From positions 23,676,471-23,740,470 of the forward strand of contig NC_068992.1 in the NCBI RefSeq assembly GCF_001194135.2: 64,000 nt of DNA, read 5' to 3'. How positions within the stretch are numbered: position 1 is the first letter of the stretch; each line of letters begins with the position of its first letter. Positions 1 through 12,000 of this stretch are shown one piece after another. The position numbers and the translations under genes were made by a program. A model generated the notes under the pieces. It made no database searches. It was not told the origin of the DNA and worked only from the letters and a program-made list of their open reading frames with translations. Source of the stretch: Octopus bimaculoides (taxonomy: Eukaryota).

Positions 1-797
1 AATTCTGATCGCCAAAATAAACAACAACGAACGCGTGCGACATCTGAGTAGTTTTGTCTCACACACACACGCCCAAGTGCATACTATTACTAGAACTATT
101 TTCTTTATATAGATATAAAACTCAGCCCTTCTGGAGTACGGCTTCCGCCTGGATAAATAGAAAAATATACGTTGTTTCATTTCTGTACAAAATTTTCGAA
201 TGCTTAAAACTTCGTAAATTAATGCGCCTTCAGAACATTTGCACTAGTCTAACAAAACACAAAACATTTCTGTCTGCAAATAGTAAAAGTCTTAAAGCTG
301 GAACAAAATTAAATATTAAAACATGGTATCTTAAGGTGACTCTTTTTTGATAATAATTTAATAACGTCTGTACGTTAATTAAATTGTAATTAATATTTTA
401 AAATGACAGTGAGTATAATCCCATATAAAATCTCTCACATTCGCAAATAAACTATTTCTATTTGCAAGATCAGGACAAAAGGAACAGTTCGTAGAATCTT
501 TGCAAGCTCTCATGAATCGGTGTGATTCGTGCCATTGACATTCTTAAACAACGAAATCAAAAATATGAGCACCCAAGGATTTCCAAATAAGTACTCGGGT
601 CGATGCAATCGACCTACCGCACTCCCTGAAGTGAGTTGCGATGTTTAGTAACTCGAAGTAAAGTTTTGAGTAAATATTACGTACTCTTTTATACATTTAT
701 AATCTTATACGCGTAGGTATTTCTGTACACACACACACACATACACATACACAGACTCCCACATATGTACACATACATACGAGAGTGTGTGTGCATG

Positions 798-844
<47 letters not shown>

Positions 845-1350
845 NNNNNNNNNNNNNNNNNNNNNNNNNNNNNNNNNNNNNNNNNNNNNNNNNNNNNNNN
901 NNNNNNNNNNNNNNNNNNNNNNNNNNNNNNNNNNNNNNNNNNNNNNNNNNNNNNNNNNNNNNNNNNNNNNNNNNNNNNNNNNNNNNNNNNNNNNNNNNNN
1001 NNNNNNNNNNNNNNNNNNNNNNNNNNNNNNNNNNNNNNNNNNNNNNNNNNNNNNNNNNNNNNNNNNNNNNNNNNNNNNNNNNNNNNNNNNNNNNNNNNNN
1101 NNNNNNNNNNNNNNNNNNNNNNNNNNNNNNNNNNNNNNNNNNNNNNNNNNNNNNNNNNNNNNNNNNNNNNNNNNNNNNNNNNNNNNNNNNNNNNNNNNNN
1201 NNNNNNNNNNNNNNNNNNNNNNNNNNNNNNNNNNNNNNNNNNNNNNNNNNNNNNNNNNNNNNNNNNNNNNNNNNNNNNNNNNNNNNNNNNNNNNNNNNNN
1301 NNNNNNNNNNNNNNNNNNNNNNNNNNNNNNNNNNNNNNNNNNNNNNNNNN
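845..1350. other. Assembly gap flanked by (TA)n; first of 15 gaps
   Basis: N run. Other gaps: 10442-11160, 13893-13966, 15274-15583, 16606-16848, 20698-20707, 21905-22013, 24013-24598, 27383-27478, 32891-32973, 33446-33986, 36634-36910, 38633-39058, 39559-39636, 56763-57196. Most abut (TA)n or (CA)n tracts. Confidence 0.99.
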
Positions 1351-1384
<34 letters not shown>

Positions 1385-1569
1385 TATACATATATATAAA
1401 TACATATATATATACACACACACCCACACATATATATATATAAGCGAAATAGCTACCTGTGAAATCTCAAGAATAGATTAGAGTAGTAACTATACAAATC
1501 AGTAAAGTCAGTCGCCACTTCAAATTGGCTGTTAAATGTTTCAACTAAGCTAACTCCAGGCAGATTCTT

Positions 1570-1700
1570 CGTGAAGATTATGTTAAATGTGTCTGTGGCT
1601 GCCCGTGGATTGCTCAGCCCTTTGCATCTTAATTTCATAAGTAGGCTGTTCCGTTGCCCTGATCAACTGGAACGCACGTCCTCGCAACCAACAGAGAGCC
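1570..1700 (+). mobile_element. SINE family A, diverged 3' fragment
   Basis: Aligns by eye to the reverse complement of 2883-3060 (GTGTCTGTGG..TGCTCAGCC..GGCTGTTCCGTTG..GATCAACTGGAAC). Confidence 0.8.
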
Positions 1701-2448
1701 AGTTATATATACATACATACATATATATATACATACATACATACATACATACATATGTATGTATATGTAGGTATATTAAATGTACATGAATAATTCACAT
1801 AGACACTCTAAGACATAGGCACAGGTATTTAAGTGTTTCTGTATGAGGAACATGAAATTTATATCAACGCACATTGTTTCTGAGACAATCAGAAACGAAA
1901 TTAGTACTTGAACTGACCCTATCTCATTATATTCAATGAGAATGCTTACAATTTCAAAATTAAAAGTACAGAATTCTTCGCATAACGTACTGTAACAGAG
2001 CGTTTCTTACTTCCAGGCGATATACGTCATATACTTAATTCTCCTTCAACCCTCATGGCATTTCGAGGAACACAAATCTCAGAATTTCGCAATTTTCACT
2101 CTCATAGAATATTTTGTGAATACATATGGAATTATAATTCATTAAATTTTCCTCTTGGCTACGGGGAATAAATTCCAGCACTTTCGCATCTAATTAATCT
2201 CTTCTATTTGTCAGTTTCACTTTGAACATTTCTCATGTCATAAGAAAGAAGTTTACTTGCGTATTACTAATGTTTCATATTTGATAATCGTTACTACTTG
2301 TAGCAATAATGGAAGGTATTCATAAACGAAGAGCTCTGTCTAACTTCGTTTCTTTATTTTGGATAACTAGAGTTCTGAGTTCATAACTAGCCCTATAAAT
2401 AATAAAGTAACTACCATTCACAAACTACAATTAATCAAATTAATGATC

Positions 2449-2502
2449 ACCTCAAAACGTAGTACCTCAAAACGTAGTACCTCAAAACGTAGTACCTCAA
2501 AA
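2449..2502. repeat. 15-bp tandem repeat (ACCTCAAAACGTAGT) x3.6
   Basis: Exact copies with no spacers. Confidence 0.95.
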
Positions 2503-2882
2503 GAGTCAGTGATTAAATCTTATTTCAGAAATTATTATTTGTGAAAAACGTGTGTCTATGTTAGTTTCAAGATATACTTTCGTTCATTTGCCCACTGAAT
2601 AATAACACTGCGTTTAGAAAATGGATTCTAAATAATATGTTGGTTGTTTGTACCCACCGTTTTGATTAAAAACACTCAGACTGCTGGTACTAAGCATTCA
2701 CACTAACACTCCGGACTGATAACCACTTCATTCTTCCTCACCCCCAAAAATATGAATAACGATTTTGCATATGATTTCTTTAATACTACCATCTTACCCA
2801 TGTCTTTAGTTGATCACAATCTTTCCCAGGCATTCGAGCTATATCTCTTACTTAAGGGTAAGTTCATCCCTTGCTCTTCTCA

Positions 2883-3269
2883 GTTGTTGTTGGCACACCG
2901 TCGCTTACGACGTCGAGGGTTCCAGTTGATCCGATCAACGGAACAGCCTGCTCGTGAAATTAACGTGCAAGTGGCTGAGCACTCCACAGACACGTGTACC
3001 CTTAACGTAGCTCTCAGCGATATTCAGCGTGGCACAGTGTGAGAAGGCTGACCCTTTGAAATACAGGTACAACAGAAACAGGAAGTAAGAGTGAGAGAAA
3101 GTTGTGGTGAAAGAGTACAGCAGGGTTCGCCACTATCCCTTGCCGGAGCCTCGTGGACCTTTACGTGTTTTCGCTCAAAAAACACTCACAACGCCCGGTC
3201 TGGGAATCGAAACCGCGATCCTTTGACCGTGAGTCCGCTACCCTAACCACTGGGCCATTGCGCCTCCAC
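2883..3269 (-). mobile_element. SINE family A, near full length (tRNA-derived head, (CAA)n tail)
   Basis: Minus strand begins GTGGAGGCGCAATGGCCCAGTGGTTAGG (A box) ... GGTTTCGATTCCC (B box) and ends in CAACAAC. A second copy is at 46085-46365. Confidence 0.9.
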
Positions 3270-5102
3270 ACATAACAGAGTATAACTAAGAATAGACAAA
3301 AAAATTGAAAATATAACCACTGTTTTTAAGGAAATGGATTGATAAATTAAGAAAATATACAGAGGGATACCCACCTACAATCCAAATGGTAAGCGCGGTG
3401 TTAAAATGCTTAATCTAACGAAACAAGAAGATTTTGTTAAACAAAAGAAAAGAGAAATAATCATGAGAGTAATTATATCAGTTCTAATCAACAAATGCAA
3501 ATATGCGACCCAGAAATATTTGCAATAATCACTAATTAATAAGAAACGTAAATGCAAAAACAGAATCAATAGTGATTTTAAAGGCAATGCATTATCAGAA
3601 AACGTATTGAAGAAGACGTGTAAACAATATTCGCCTCATATATGAAGCGAACGTCTCACATAAAGAAATGGGACATTAGAAATGTGCTCAGGCATACACC
3701 TTAAGGAATTGATTTGTCACGACTGAAATGTGTTTGATAATCAATGGTAATCTAGTATTCATTGAAAATAATAGCGACAGGTCTTTAAATGTGTGTGTAG
3801 TACATGTCCAATATGTGATGATGTTGCAACTATTCCACACTGGTTAATTAATTACAATAACGCAATTTGAATTTCAGAGCCATTATAGAATCTAAAAATA
3901 AATCTAACATTGTAATTGGTAGCATCTGAGATATAGAATCGCAACTGAAAATATTGGGAACACATCTATAAGGGTAGTCATAACTCCATCTCAATGGAAA
4001 ATGGATTCTGTATGAAACTGGAATGTGACATAATACTGTGGAAGTTACAGGGGTAAGTTAAAATATTAATAATGTAAAACGGTGCTGAGCAGTCCGACAG
4101 CTGTAGTTATAAAGGGATAATAAAAATCTAGTACGCAATTTGATTGATACTGAATGTCTTGAAAGCAGATGCATATCATTTAAATTACAAACACTACAAA
4201 CAGAAGTGGTAAGAATGAGAGTAAAAATTCAAGAGCGCTATGTATTTTAACAGGCGCTCTGCAACGGATAAAGAGAGAAATGAGATACAGAATATTTGCT
4301 ATGCTTTTGCACACCACAAAGACCTGTAAAATGGGGTTCTTAATAATATAGGAACATTCTATATCAAAAGTTCTGTCAATATGGAAAAAAATATAACGAG
4401 AGATATTCACAAATTAGCATCTCTATGCTTTCTTAAGTCCACGTTGGCAGATATTTAACTCTACAACACCTTGTGTTAATAATTCTTGACGCTTCCATTA
4501 CTACATTATTATAGAAAGAAAACGACAAAATTGAAAGCTTGGATGAGCACTAAGGATATTTTACGTTTGAACAATAATATTGCATGGAAGCAATTATGAT
4601 ATCTGGCAGTTGCTGAAATTTTTCAGTCGTGCTTTGAGAATTGCCAATATATATATTTTTTTCCGTTTATTGCATAGTGATAATTGAGTTGTAATAGAGG
4701 TAAACACACTCTTATTGGCATAGAACGCAACGTGCAAATAACTCCGCATACGTAAAATAAGAAAAACACGTTGAATAATTCCTTAAAAGTTACACTCTGC
4801 ACGGAATCATGGAAATCATTACGAAGAATTTCAGCTGACTCAAAAGTATGTGCCATAAATATTAACCTAAACCAAAACAGCATCATATCACGAATATTTT
4901 CACGGTCAAATTAGGATCGATAGTTATAAGATACTAGCGAACACGAAAATACATATTTAGGCTCTGCTTTCATGTAGAATTAGTGTTGGATTATTATGGT
5001 TTGTTGGCATGTTTAGTGAAAGCATAATCTGACATGATTTGAATTTTGAGCAACGTGGAAGTAAATTGAGGTTTTAGTTTCATATTCATACCTTTCTCTA
5101 AG

Positions 5103-5308
5103 AGGGTGAGCTGGCAGTCGTTAACACACCGGGCGAAATGCGTGCATCTCTTCTGTTTGTACGTCCTGAGTTCAAATTCTACCTAGGTTGATTTTGCCTT
5201 TCATCCACCTGAAGTCGATAAAATGACTACCACTTGAACACTAGGGTCGTTGTAATTCACTTAACATACACATCAAAATTATTGGCCTTGTGGTAAAAGT
5301 TTGAAACC
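5103..5308 (+). mobile_element. SINE family B (tail type B3)
   Basis: GAGCTGGCAG head, GAGTTCAAATTC B box, TTTGCCTTTCATCC core, GGCCTTGTGG..TTTGAAACC tail. Confidence 0.85.
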
Positions 5309-6849
5309 GATACACATAAAGTTATGAATATTAATTCTATATTAAAGAAAGCTATTTGTTATTTAAGGCCATTTGAATGTTATTTTTCGAACAACTAACT
5401 TTTTACGTATGACATTGTGAGAGCAAAACAATGTTCTTGTCTTTGCTTGAGCAACGGACCAACGATGAGCATTTACTTTGTCACTAAACTTTTCTAAAAT
5501 TACATCAAGATATTTCAAAATAAAGTGAGTGGGGACGATATATGCCGCATTGTACAATATACATTCTGTTAGATATACGAAAATTACAGATCTACAAAAC
5601 TACAATGTACATGGTGTAGTACAATTTATGACACGAAAATAATTGTTCTTTTTTTTCTGTGGGGCAAAGTCAAATAGGGAGCTGAGGTATTCCACGTTTG
5701 TTAATGTGGAAAAAACCACTACAGAAGTTTCAAATTACTCTTCCCAGAGCCACTATGGGCTGCATTGCTCCCATACGTATTGTCATGTGGGCCGCATATT
5801 TTTAAGCACAAGCTTTTCAAGAGAGATTTTCATCATATCAGTTCTTGATTATTAATTAAAAATCTGTTACAAATTTCTATTTGCTCATCGATAATTTATA
5901 AATAAAATTATTATTCACCATTTTCATTGTTACAAAGTTTTTGAATTCGTCAATTTTTAATCTCTAGGTTTTCGTGCCCTATTCTCCTGTCAGTTACCTT
6001 CCGATTATCTTCGTTCGTGTGCTCCCTAGATTCAATTTCAATCACCCACTAACACTAATGTGGAAGAATATCCAAGAAAACCTCTCTTTTATGTCTGAAG
6101 AAATTTGGCAGCCTGTCTCTTGATACGATATGAATAGTTATTGGACTGAAGGCTCTACTTACAATGTTATTGATACTTACATATAAACCACCGGTTTCCT
6201 GAGCTCGTTTAGATAAAACGATATCCATCTTTGTATAAACCTTTCTGAAACAGCACCACCACGCCATTTCCTGTATTGAAGGAACCATAAAATTTGTACT
6301 CTTCCAGATGGAGGGCAAAGGATTACATTTCGGAAAAAATGATCTCATTAACCCATAAACTGCCGAATTTTTTTATTCATATTTTTTGGCTTTGCCACGT
6401 GTCTTAGGAGTTAAAATAATATATAGTATTTAAATTTTCTTCATCTGTGAACTATTTTGGAAATTATGATAAATTTTTTGAAATGTCTTAAATGGGGATC
6501 GCTGAAAAAAGCATATTTATCCTTTTCTAATCAATTGCAATTATAAACATTTTAGTTTTTTTTTTTTTGGAAACTATAGTACCAATGCGAATGTATATGA
6601 AATATCAATGAATGATATAGATGGTAAATGCAAAACAAAAAATATGCTTATGTACATTGCATTTGTAGAGGTGTGTTAAACAATATTCAGTAGTTAAAGT
6701 TTGTCATTATTAGCTCTGCATAATTCTAGAGGACATTTTACGTCATAAATTGCAATTATAAACATTTTAGTTTTCTTTTTTTTTTTTTTTAAACTATAGT
6801 ACCGATGCTTTTGTATCTTGTAAAAATTGTGGTTAATGAATCCAGTCAC

Positions 6850-7500
6850 TTCTTTCTACTTGTTTAAATTTCGGCCAAATTTCCCACAATGTACTGATAC
6901 CCTTATTTTATAATATTCGAACCGTTTGGTGAAATTTGTTTGTTATTTTCGTATACATACTTTTGTAATATAATTACATTTTGCTATCACGATATTGTAT
7001 TGAAAATTCTTCTCCATTTTGAATACATATTTTTTTTCTGCTACATTACCTGTAGATTTTTTATTTACTTTCCATAGCAGTACACATTATCTGTAATTTT
7101 ACATTATCCTGAAACTTTACACCTTATTCTTTTTTCTTACAAAATATATCAAATTTACATAGATGGCATCTGTTTCTTCCAAGGACTTATATTTCTTCAT
7201 TTTCTTAATCTTTTTTTGAATTTTATCTTTCATATAAACATTCTACTCTGGTTCCATGTAAACCTCATTCCTTTATTTTCATGTGTTGTTCTGATTCTTC
7301 TAAGATATCTCTCATTCCAGGGTGTATAACTAACTGCACTTGTTATCTTTCACGTTGCCTTATGTTAATATTGTTACCTTGATGGGGCTCAAGATATGTA
7401 TGCAGTCTCTTTGGTTTCATCCAATGTGTTTTATTGATATGATGTTGTAGGAATACATAATTGCAATGTTCTTGCTATCTTGTGTTCAAGTGAGCTCTCC
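6850..7500 (-). mobile_element. Highly decayed R4/Dong-like non-LTR retrotransposon, N-terminal ORF region
   Basis: Frameshifted minus-strand peptides (W*)TQDSKNIAIMYSY, KRLH and LWEIW..SDWI resemble the pre-RT motifs of R4-clade ORFs. It abuts a (CTT)n(TTA)n tract. Confidence 0.4.
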
Positions 7501-7559
7501 TTTTAAATGTCTGTAGTGAAAATTTCGTGCTTCTGCTTCCTCTCCTTCCACTTCTCCTC

Positions 7560-7634
7560 CTCGCCCTCCTCCTCCTTCTTCTTCTTCTTCTTCTTCTTCT
7601 TCTTCTTCTTCTCCTTCTCCTTCTCCTTCTTCTT

Positions 7635-7710
<76 letters not shown>
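7560..7710. repeat. Compound microsatellite (CTT)n-(TTA)n
   Basis: Directly visible. Confidence 0.98.
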
Positions 7711-7711
<1 letters not shown>

Positions 7712-8056
7712 GTTCAAATTCCGCCGAGGACGACTTTGTCTTTCATTCTTTCGTGGCTGATGAAGTGAGTACCAGTGAAACACTGGGTTCAATGTAATCG
7801 ATAAGTTTCCCACCCCACAAATATCAGGCCTTGTCTCTTTAGTAGAAATAATTATTAAGGTGGCTAGCAGACAGAATCATTAACCCACCGGGCAAAATGC
7901 TTGGCGGAATTTCGTCCGTCGCTATGTTCTGAGTTCAAGGTTTGACGAGGTCGACTTTGCCTTTCATCCTATCGGGGTCGATATATTTGCTTGGGTTCCT
8001 GTAATCGAGTAGTCCTCTCTCGCAAAATTTCAGGCCTTGTGACTTTAGTAGAAATC
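7711..8056 (+). mobile_element. Two tandem SINE family B copies (7711-7852, 5'-truncated; 7858-8056), tail type B2
   Basis: B box, core GTCGACTTTGCCTTTCATCC and tail CAGGCCTTGT..TAGTAGAAA in both. Confidence 0.88.
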
Positions 8057-8229
8057 ACTACCATTATTATAGATGTTGCTGTTGTTGGCGCCAAAACTAG
8101 ACGTGTCCCGAACGCTGTGTGTACTAGTGATTTATTTTCACTTGTCAATGCGAGCAAAAATCATTGCTATCTGTCCTAAGTGGCAAAATTTTGGAAACAA
8201 AACATTTTTATCAAAATTTTAAAAAACAT

Positions 8230-9240
8230 TTTGATATGGCTGAACAGGGTAGAGTGTAAATATCCTGGTTTGGATCGTATCTCCTATGAACTGTACTTTC
8301 ATAGACCAGACTAGTTTGGAGGCCACTGGTCAGATATTTATCGCCACTGCCAGCAGAATGGGAGAGTTCAAATTTCTGTGAGTCTCGGAGCAGTGGTTCT
8401 GGCAAGAAGGCACGCGAACAAGGAAGACAAAGTCGATAGATTCAGGCCGATAACGCTACTGAACGCACATATCAAAATTTTGGCCAAGGTCTTAGTAAAG
8501 AAGTTTCGCTTGTCGTCAAGGACTAATTAATGATGAGCATATATGCGAGGTTAGTCAATCTCCCCCAGAAATGGGATGAGAGAAACCTATTCTTGAAAGG
8601 TCGGGTAGAGGTGGTGAATGCTTATATCGCCTCCATGTATATATTACCACCTGACCGCTGTGCCATATTCCAATTCACGTCTAACGAAACTGGAGCGAAT
8701 TGTTTTCCCTCTATCTGTGGAAGCGACGCGATCCACTGATCAGGTGCTCTATTTCTAGTCAACATCCTCTAAATGGAAGACTGGACATGCTGTAGACTAT
8801 GATATGCAAACATACGCTGATGCTACGACAGATCTGCAGTCGCCGTTTGTCAGACATGATTTTACACTGCTCGTCTCTTTGGCTGAGCTGCAGTTCTGGC
8901 CTCGCAATATTACCAGGGTGCATTGCCGATCCGGGATTCATTCTACACGTATGGAAGTGCAGTTAATCGGATCTGCTCGGAAGGCCCGCAGAGTGCCAAA
9001 AGTATTTTGCACGCACTCGTCCATGGTCCACACATTGTTGACTTATGTGAGTATGTTTTAAACTTGCTAGCGCGTGTAAGACGGATTCAGCTATCGACTG
9101 AGACCGTTGTAAAGATGTCTCCACCGCCTTCCTTTGGCCGGAAAGGGCAGGGTGTGTTTAGTTTTCTGCAGGTAGTAGCAAAAGTGGCTGGGTTTTGGAT
9201 GCGGCTGAAAACGGCTGAGTACATCCTAACCGTGTTGTCA
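8230..9240 (+). mobile_element. Tx1/L1-clade LINE ORF2 pseudogene with the RT core deleted
   Basis: Peptides PGLDRISYELY, FRPITLLNAHIKILAKVL, then WDERNLFLKGRVEVVNAYIAS and AKVAGFWMRLK. Contains stops and frameshifts. Confidence 0.85.
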
Positions 9241-9278
9241 GCGTACAAACGATTCTGCCAACTGCTGCTTTACGTGTT

Positions 9279-9504
9279 ATTTCTTTACTACCCACAAGGG
9301 GCTACACACAGAGGGGACAAACAAGGACAGACAAAGGGATTAAGTCGATAATACCGACCCCAGTGCGTAATTGGTACTTATTTAATCGACCCCGAAAGGA
9401 TGAAAGGCAAAGTCGACCTCGGCGGAATTTGAACTCAGAACCTAGCGGCAGACGAAATACCGCTTAGCATTTCGCCCGGCATGCTAACGTTTCTGCCAGC
9501 TCGT
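9279..9504 (-). mobile_element. SINE family B, full length, tail type B1
   Basis: Near-consensus copy, flanked by the 13-bp direct repeat TGCTGCTTTACGT (9263-9275, 9505-9517). Confidence 0.95.
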
Positions 9505-10037
9505 TGCTGCTTTACGTTTGTTCCTTATTGGTGATTTTGTTATTGTTTTTTTAGTGGTTTATTATTGTGTTTACTATTACTTTGTCAACCAGTAATTGAT
9601 CTGTAACGTTATATGAGTCTTTGCAGCATCTCTTCTGATATTCTTCAAACAGGTTGCGTCCTTGTAAATGTTTTTTCATCCACCATGAATTTATCACAGT
9701 TACGAGTTTCAGGTTGTATGATATTATCATATTATATGCAACTGTGGTTGTGAGGGTTTGTGGTTTGTTTATATATACAGAGATATAAACATTATTTTCG
9801 TTCCATAAGTCAGCGACTATCTCATCGTAGTGATCCCATCACCCATCTTTCTAGCCACAGCCTGCAATGCCTCGGTCCAATTTTCATCACTTTGGCTTGT
9901 AATTGTTAGACGAACGCCGGTGCATGAATGCAGTGAGAATGTGGCGCCTCCTGCAGACCATAGTTTCCTCTTAAAGTTTATAAAATGTTTACAGACCATT
10001 AGTGAACAGCCATAATGTTGGCTTTAACATTATTTCT

Positions 10038-10267
10038 TATTTCTTTCCTGCCCACAAGGGGCTGCACACAGAGGGGACAAACCAGGACACACAAACGGAT
10101 TAAGTCGATTATATCGACCCCAGTGTGTAACTGGTAGTTATTTAATCGACCCCGAAAGGATGAAAGGCAAAGTCGACCTCGGCGGAATTTGAACTCAAAA
10201 CGTAGCGGCAGACGAAATAGCGCTCAGCATTTCACCCGGCGTGCTAACGTTGCTGCTACCTCGCCGC
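10038..10267 (-). mobile_element. SINE family B, full length, tail type B1
   Basis: Closely matches 9279-9504 end to end. Confidence 0.95.
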
Positions 10268-11694
10268 TTCGTCAGCTTTACTTTATGACAGACGTCAATC
10301 TTTTCCAATACTTAGATGGCGTCCACTCCTCCATTTCAGGAAAATTTTTCAACACTACAAATTTAATTTTTACGCTCTTCATCGACGTTGAGCATTCAAC
10401 AATATATCAAAATATTCTTGAAAGGAGGCATAAAAAATAGCNNNNNNNNNNNNNNNNNNNNNNNNNNNNNNNNNNNNNNNNNNNNNNNNNNNNNNNNNNN
10501 NNNNNNNNNNNNNNNNNNNNNNNNNNNNNNNNNNNNNNNNNNNNNNNNNNNNNNNNNNNNNNNNNNNNNNNNNNNNNNNNNNNNNNNNNNNNNNNNNNNN
10601 NNNNNNNNNNNNNNNNNNNNNNNNNNNNNNNNNNNNNNNNNNNNNNNNNNNNNNNNNNNNNNNNNNNNNNNNNNNNNNNNNNNNNNNNNNNNNNNNNNNN
10701 NNNNNNNNNNNNNNNNNNNNNNNNNNNNNNNNNNNNNNNNNNNNNNNNNNNNNNNNNNNNNNNNNNNNNNNNNNNNNNNNNNNNNNNNNNNNNNNNNNNN
10801 NNNNNNNNNNNNNNNNNNNNNNNNNNNNNNNNNNNNNNNNNNNNNNNNNNNNNNNNNNNNNNNNNNNNNNNNNNNNNNNNNNNNNNNNNNNNNNNNNNNN
10901 NNNNNNNNNNNNNNNNNNNNNNNNNNNNNNNNNNNNNNNNNNNNNNNNNNNNNNNNNNNNNNNNNNNNNNNNNNNNNNNNNNNNNNNNNNNNNNNNNNNN
11001 NNNNNNNNNNNNNNNNNNNNNNNNNNNNNNNNNNNNNNNNNNNNNNNNNNNNNNNNNNNNNNNNNNNNNNNNNNNNNNNNNNNNNNNNNNNNNNNNNNNN
11101 NNNNNNNNNNNNNNNNNNNNNNNNNNNNNNNNNNNNNNNNNNNNNNNNNNNNNNNNNNNNATATACAGATATATATAAACCTATATTACCCAAAGTGAAA
11201 TGTATCTGTAAATGCTAGTATAAAAAAATGTATGAAAGTTTGTTTGTATGTGGGAATGTGTGTATGCATGTGTGTATGTGTGTGTGTGTGTGTGTGCGCG
11301 CGCGCGCGCGTGTGTGTGTGTACATCTGCGTTGTCTTGTAACGTCCTTTTTTTTAGATGTGATTGCTGTGAAATATTGGTGAATGTTTTTTACATACAGT
11401 TTGGTCTTATTCTTACTATCATAAACAGGAATCACTTGAGGCAAAACGACCGCCATGATACTGTGCAAAGGAGACCTCTGTTTTGTTACAGCAGTGTATT
11501 TCTCTCAGGCCATCAACACTAGTGTTTGGAACTAACACCAAACATGTTATAACAACAAATATCGTGTTTCTTTTTTTTTTTATGTTTGGGTTCTTTGCAC
11601 TAATCGAAGTGAGCATCATATTTACCATCCTGGTTGAGCATCCCATAGCAAATGTCACTGATGATCTGCATCATTGTCGTTGTTGTCGTCGCCG

Positions 11695-11725
<31 letters not shown>

Positions 11726-11802
11726 ATCATATGCCAATAGTATTTTCTATTTTGCTGGGTGTATATACGTTCGTGCTAGTCATACACACACAAATACATA
11801 CA

Positions 11803-11836
<34 letters not shown>

Positions 11837-11869
11837 GACTATGAATGTATATTTGCACACACGCACACA

Positions 11870-12000
11870 CACATATGTATGTATGTATGTATGTATGTAC
11901 ATATGTACATATGTGTGTATGTATGTATGTATGTATGTATGTATGTAGGTAGGTAGGTAGGTAGGTAGGTAGGTAGGTAGGTAGGTATGTAGGTAGGTGC
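11870..12000. repeat. (TATG)n-(TAGG)n compound microsatellite
   Basis: Directly visible. Confidence 0.95.

Noticed and set aside
689-1481. Long ORFs rich in X or in YI/HT/CV repeats (here and at all other gaps)
   Set aside because: They are translations of N-gaps and (TA)n/(CA)n/(TATG)n microsatellites.
3375-3600. PTYNPN, resembling a PLE linker motif
   Set aside because: No supporting RT or GIY-YIG motifs nearby.
6055-6348. 97-aa ORF; an alternative frame has a mariner-like GAVSERFIQRW
   Set aside because: Only one short motif, with no further colinear transposase motifs.
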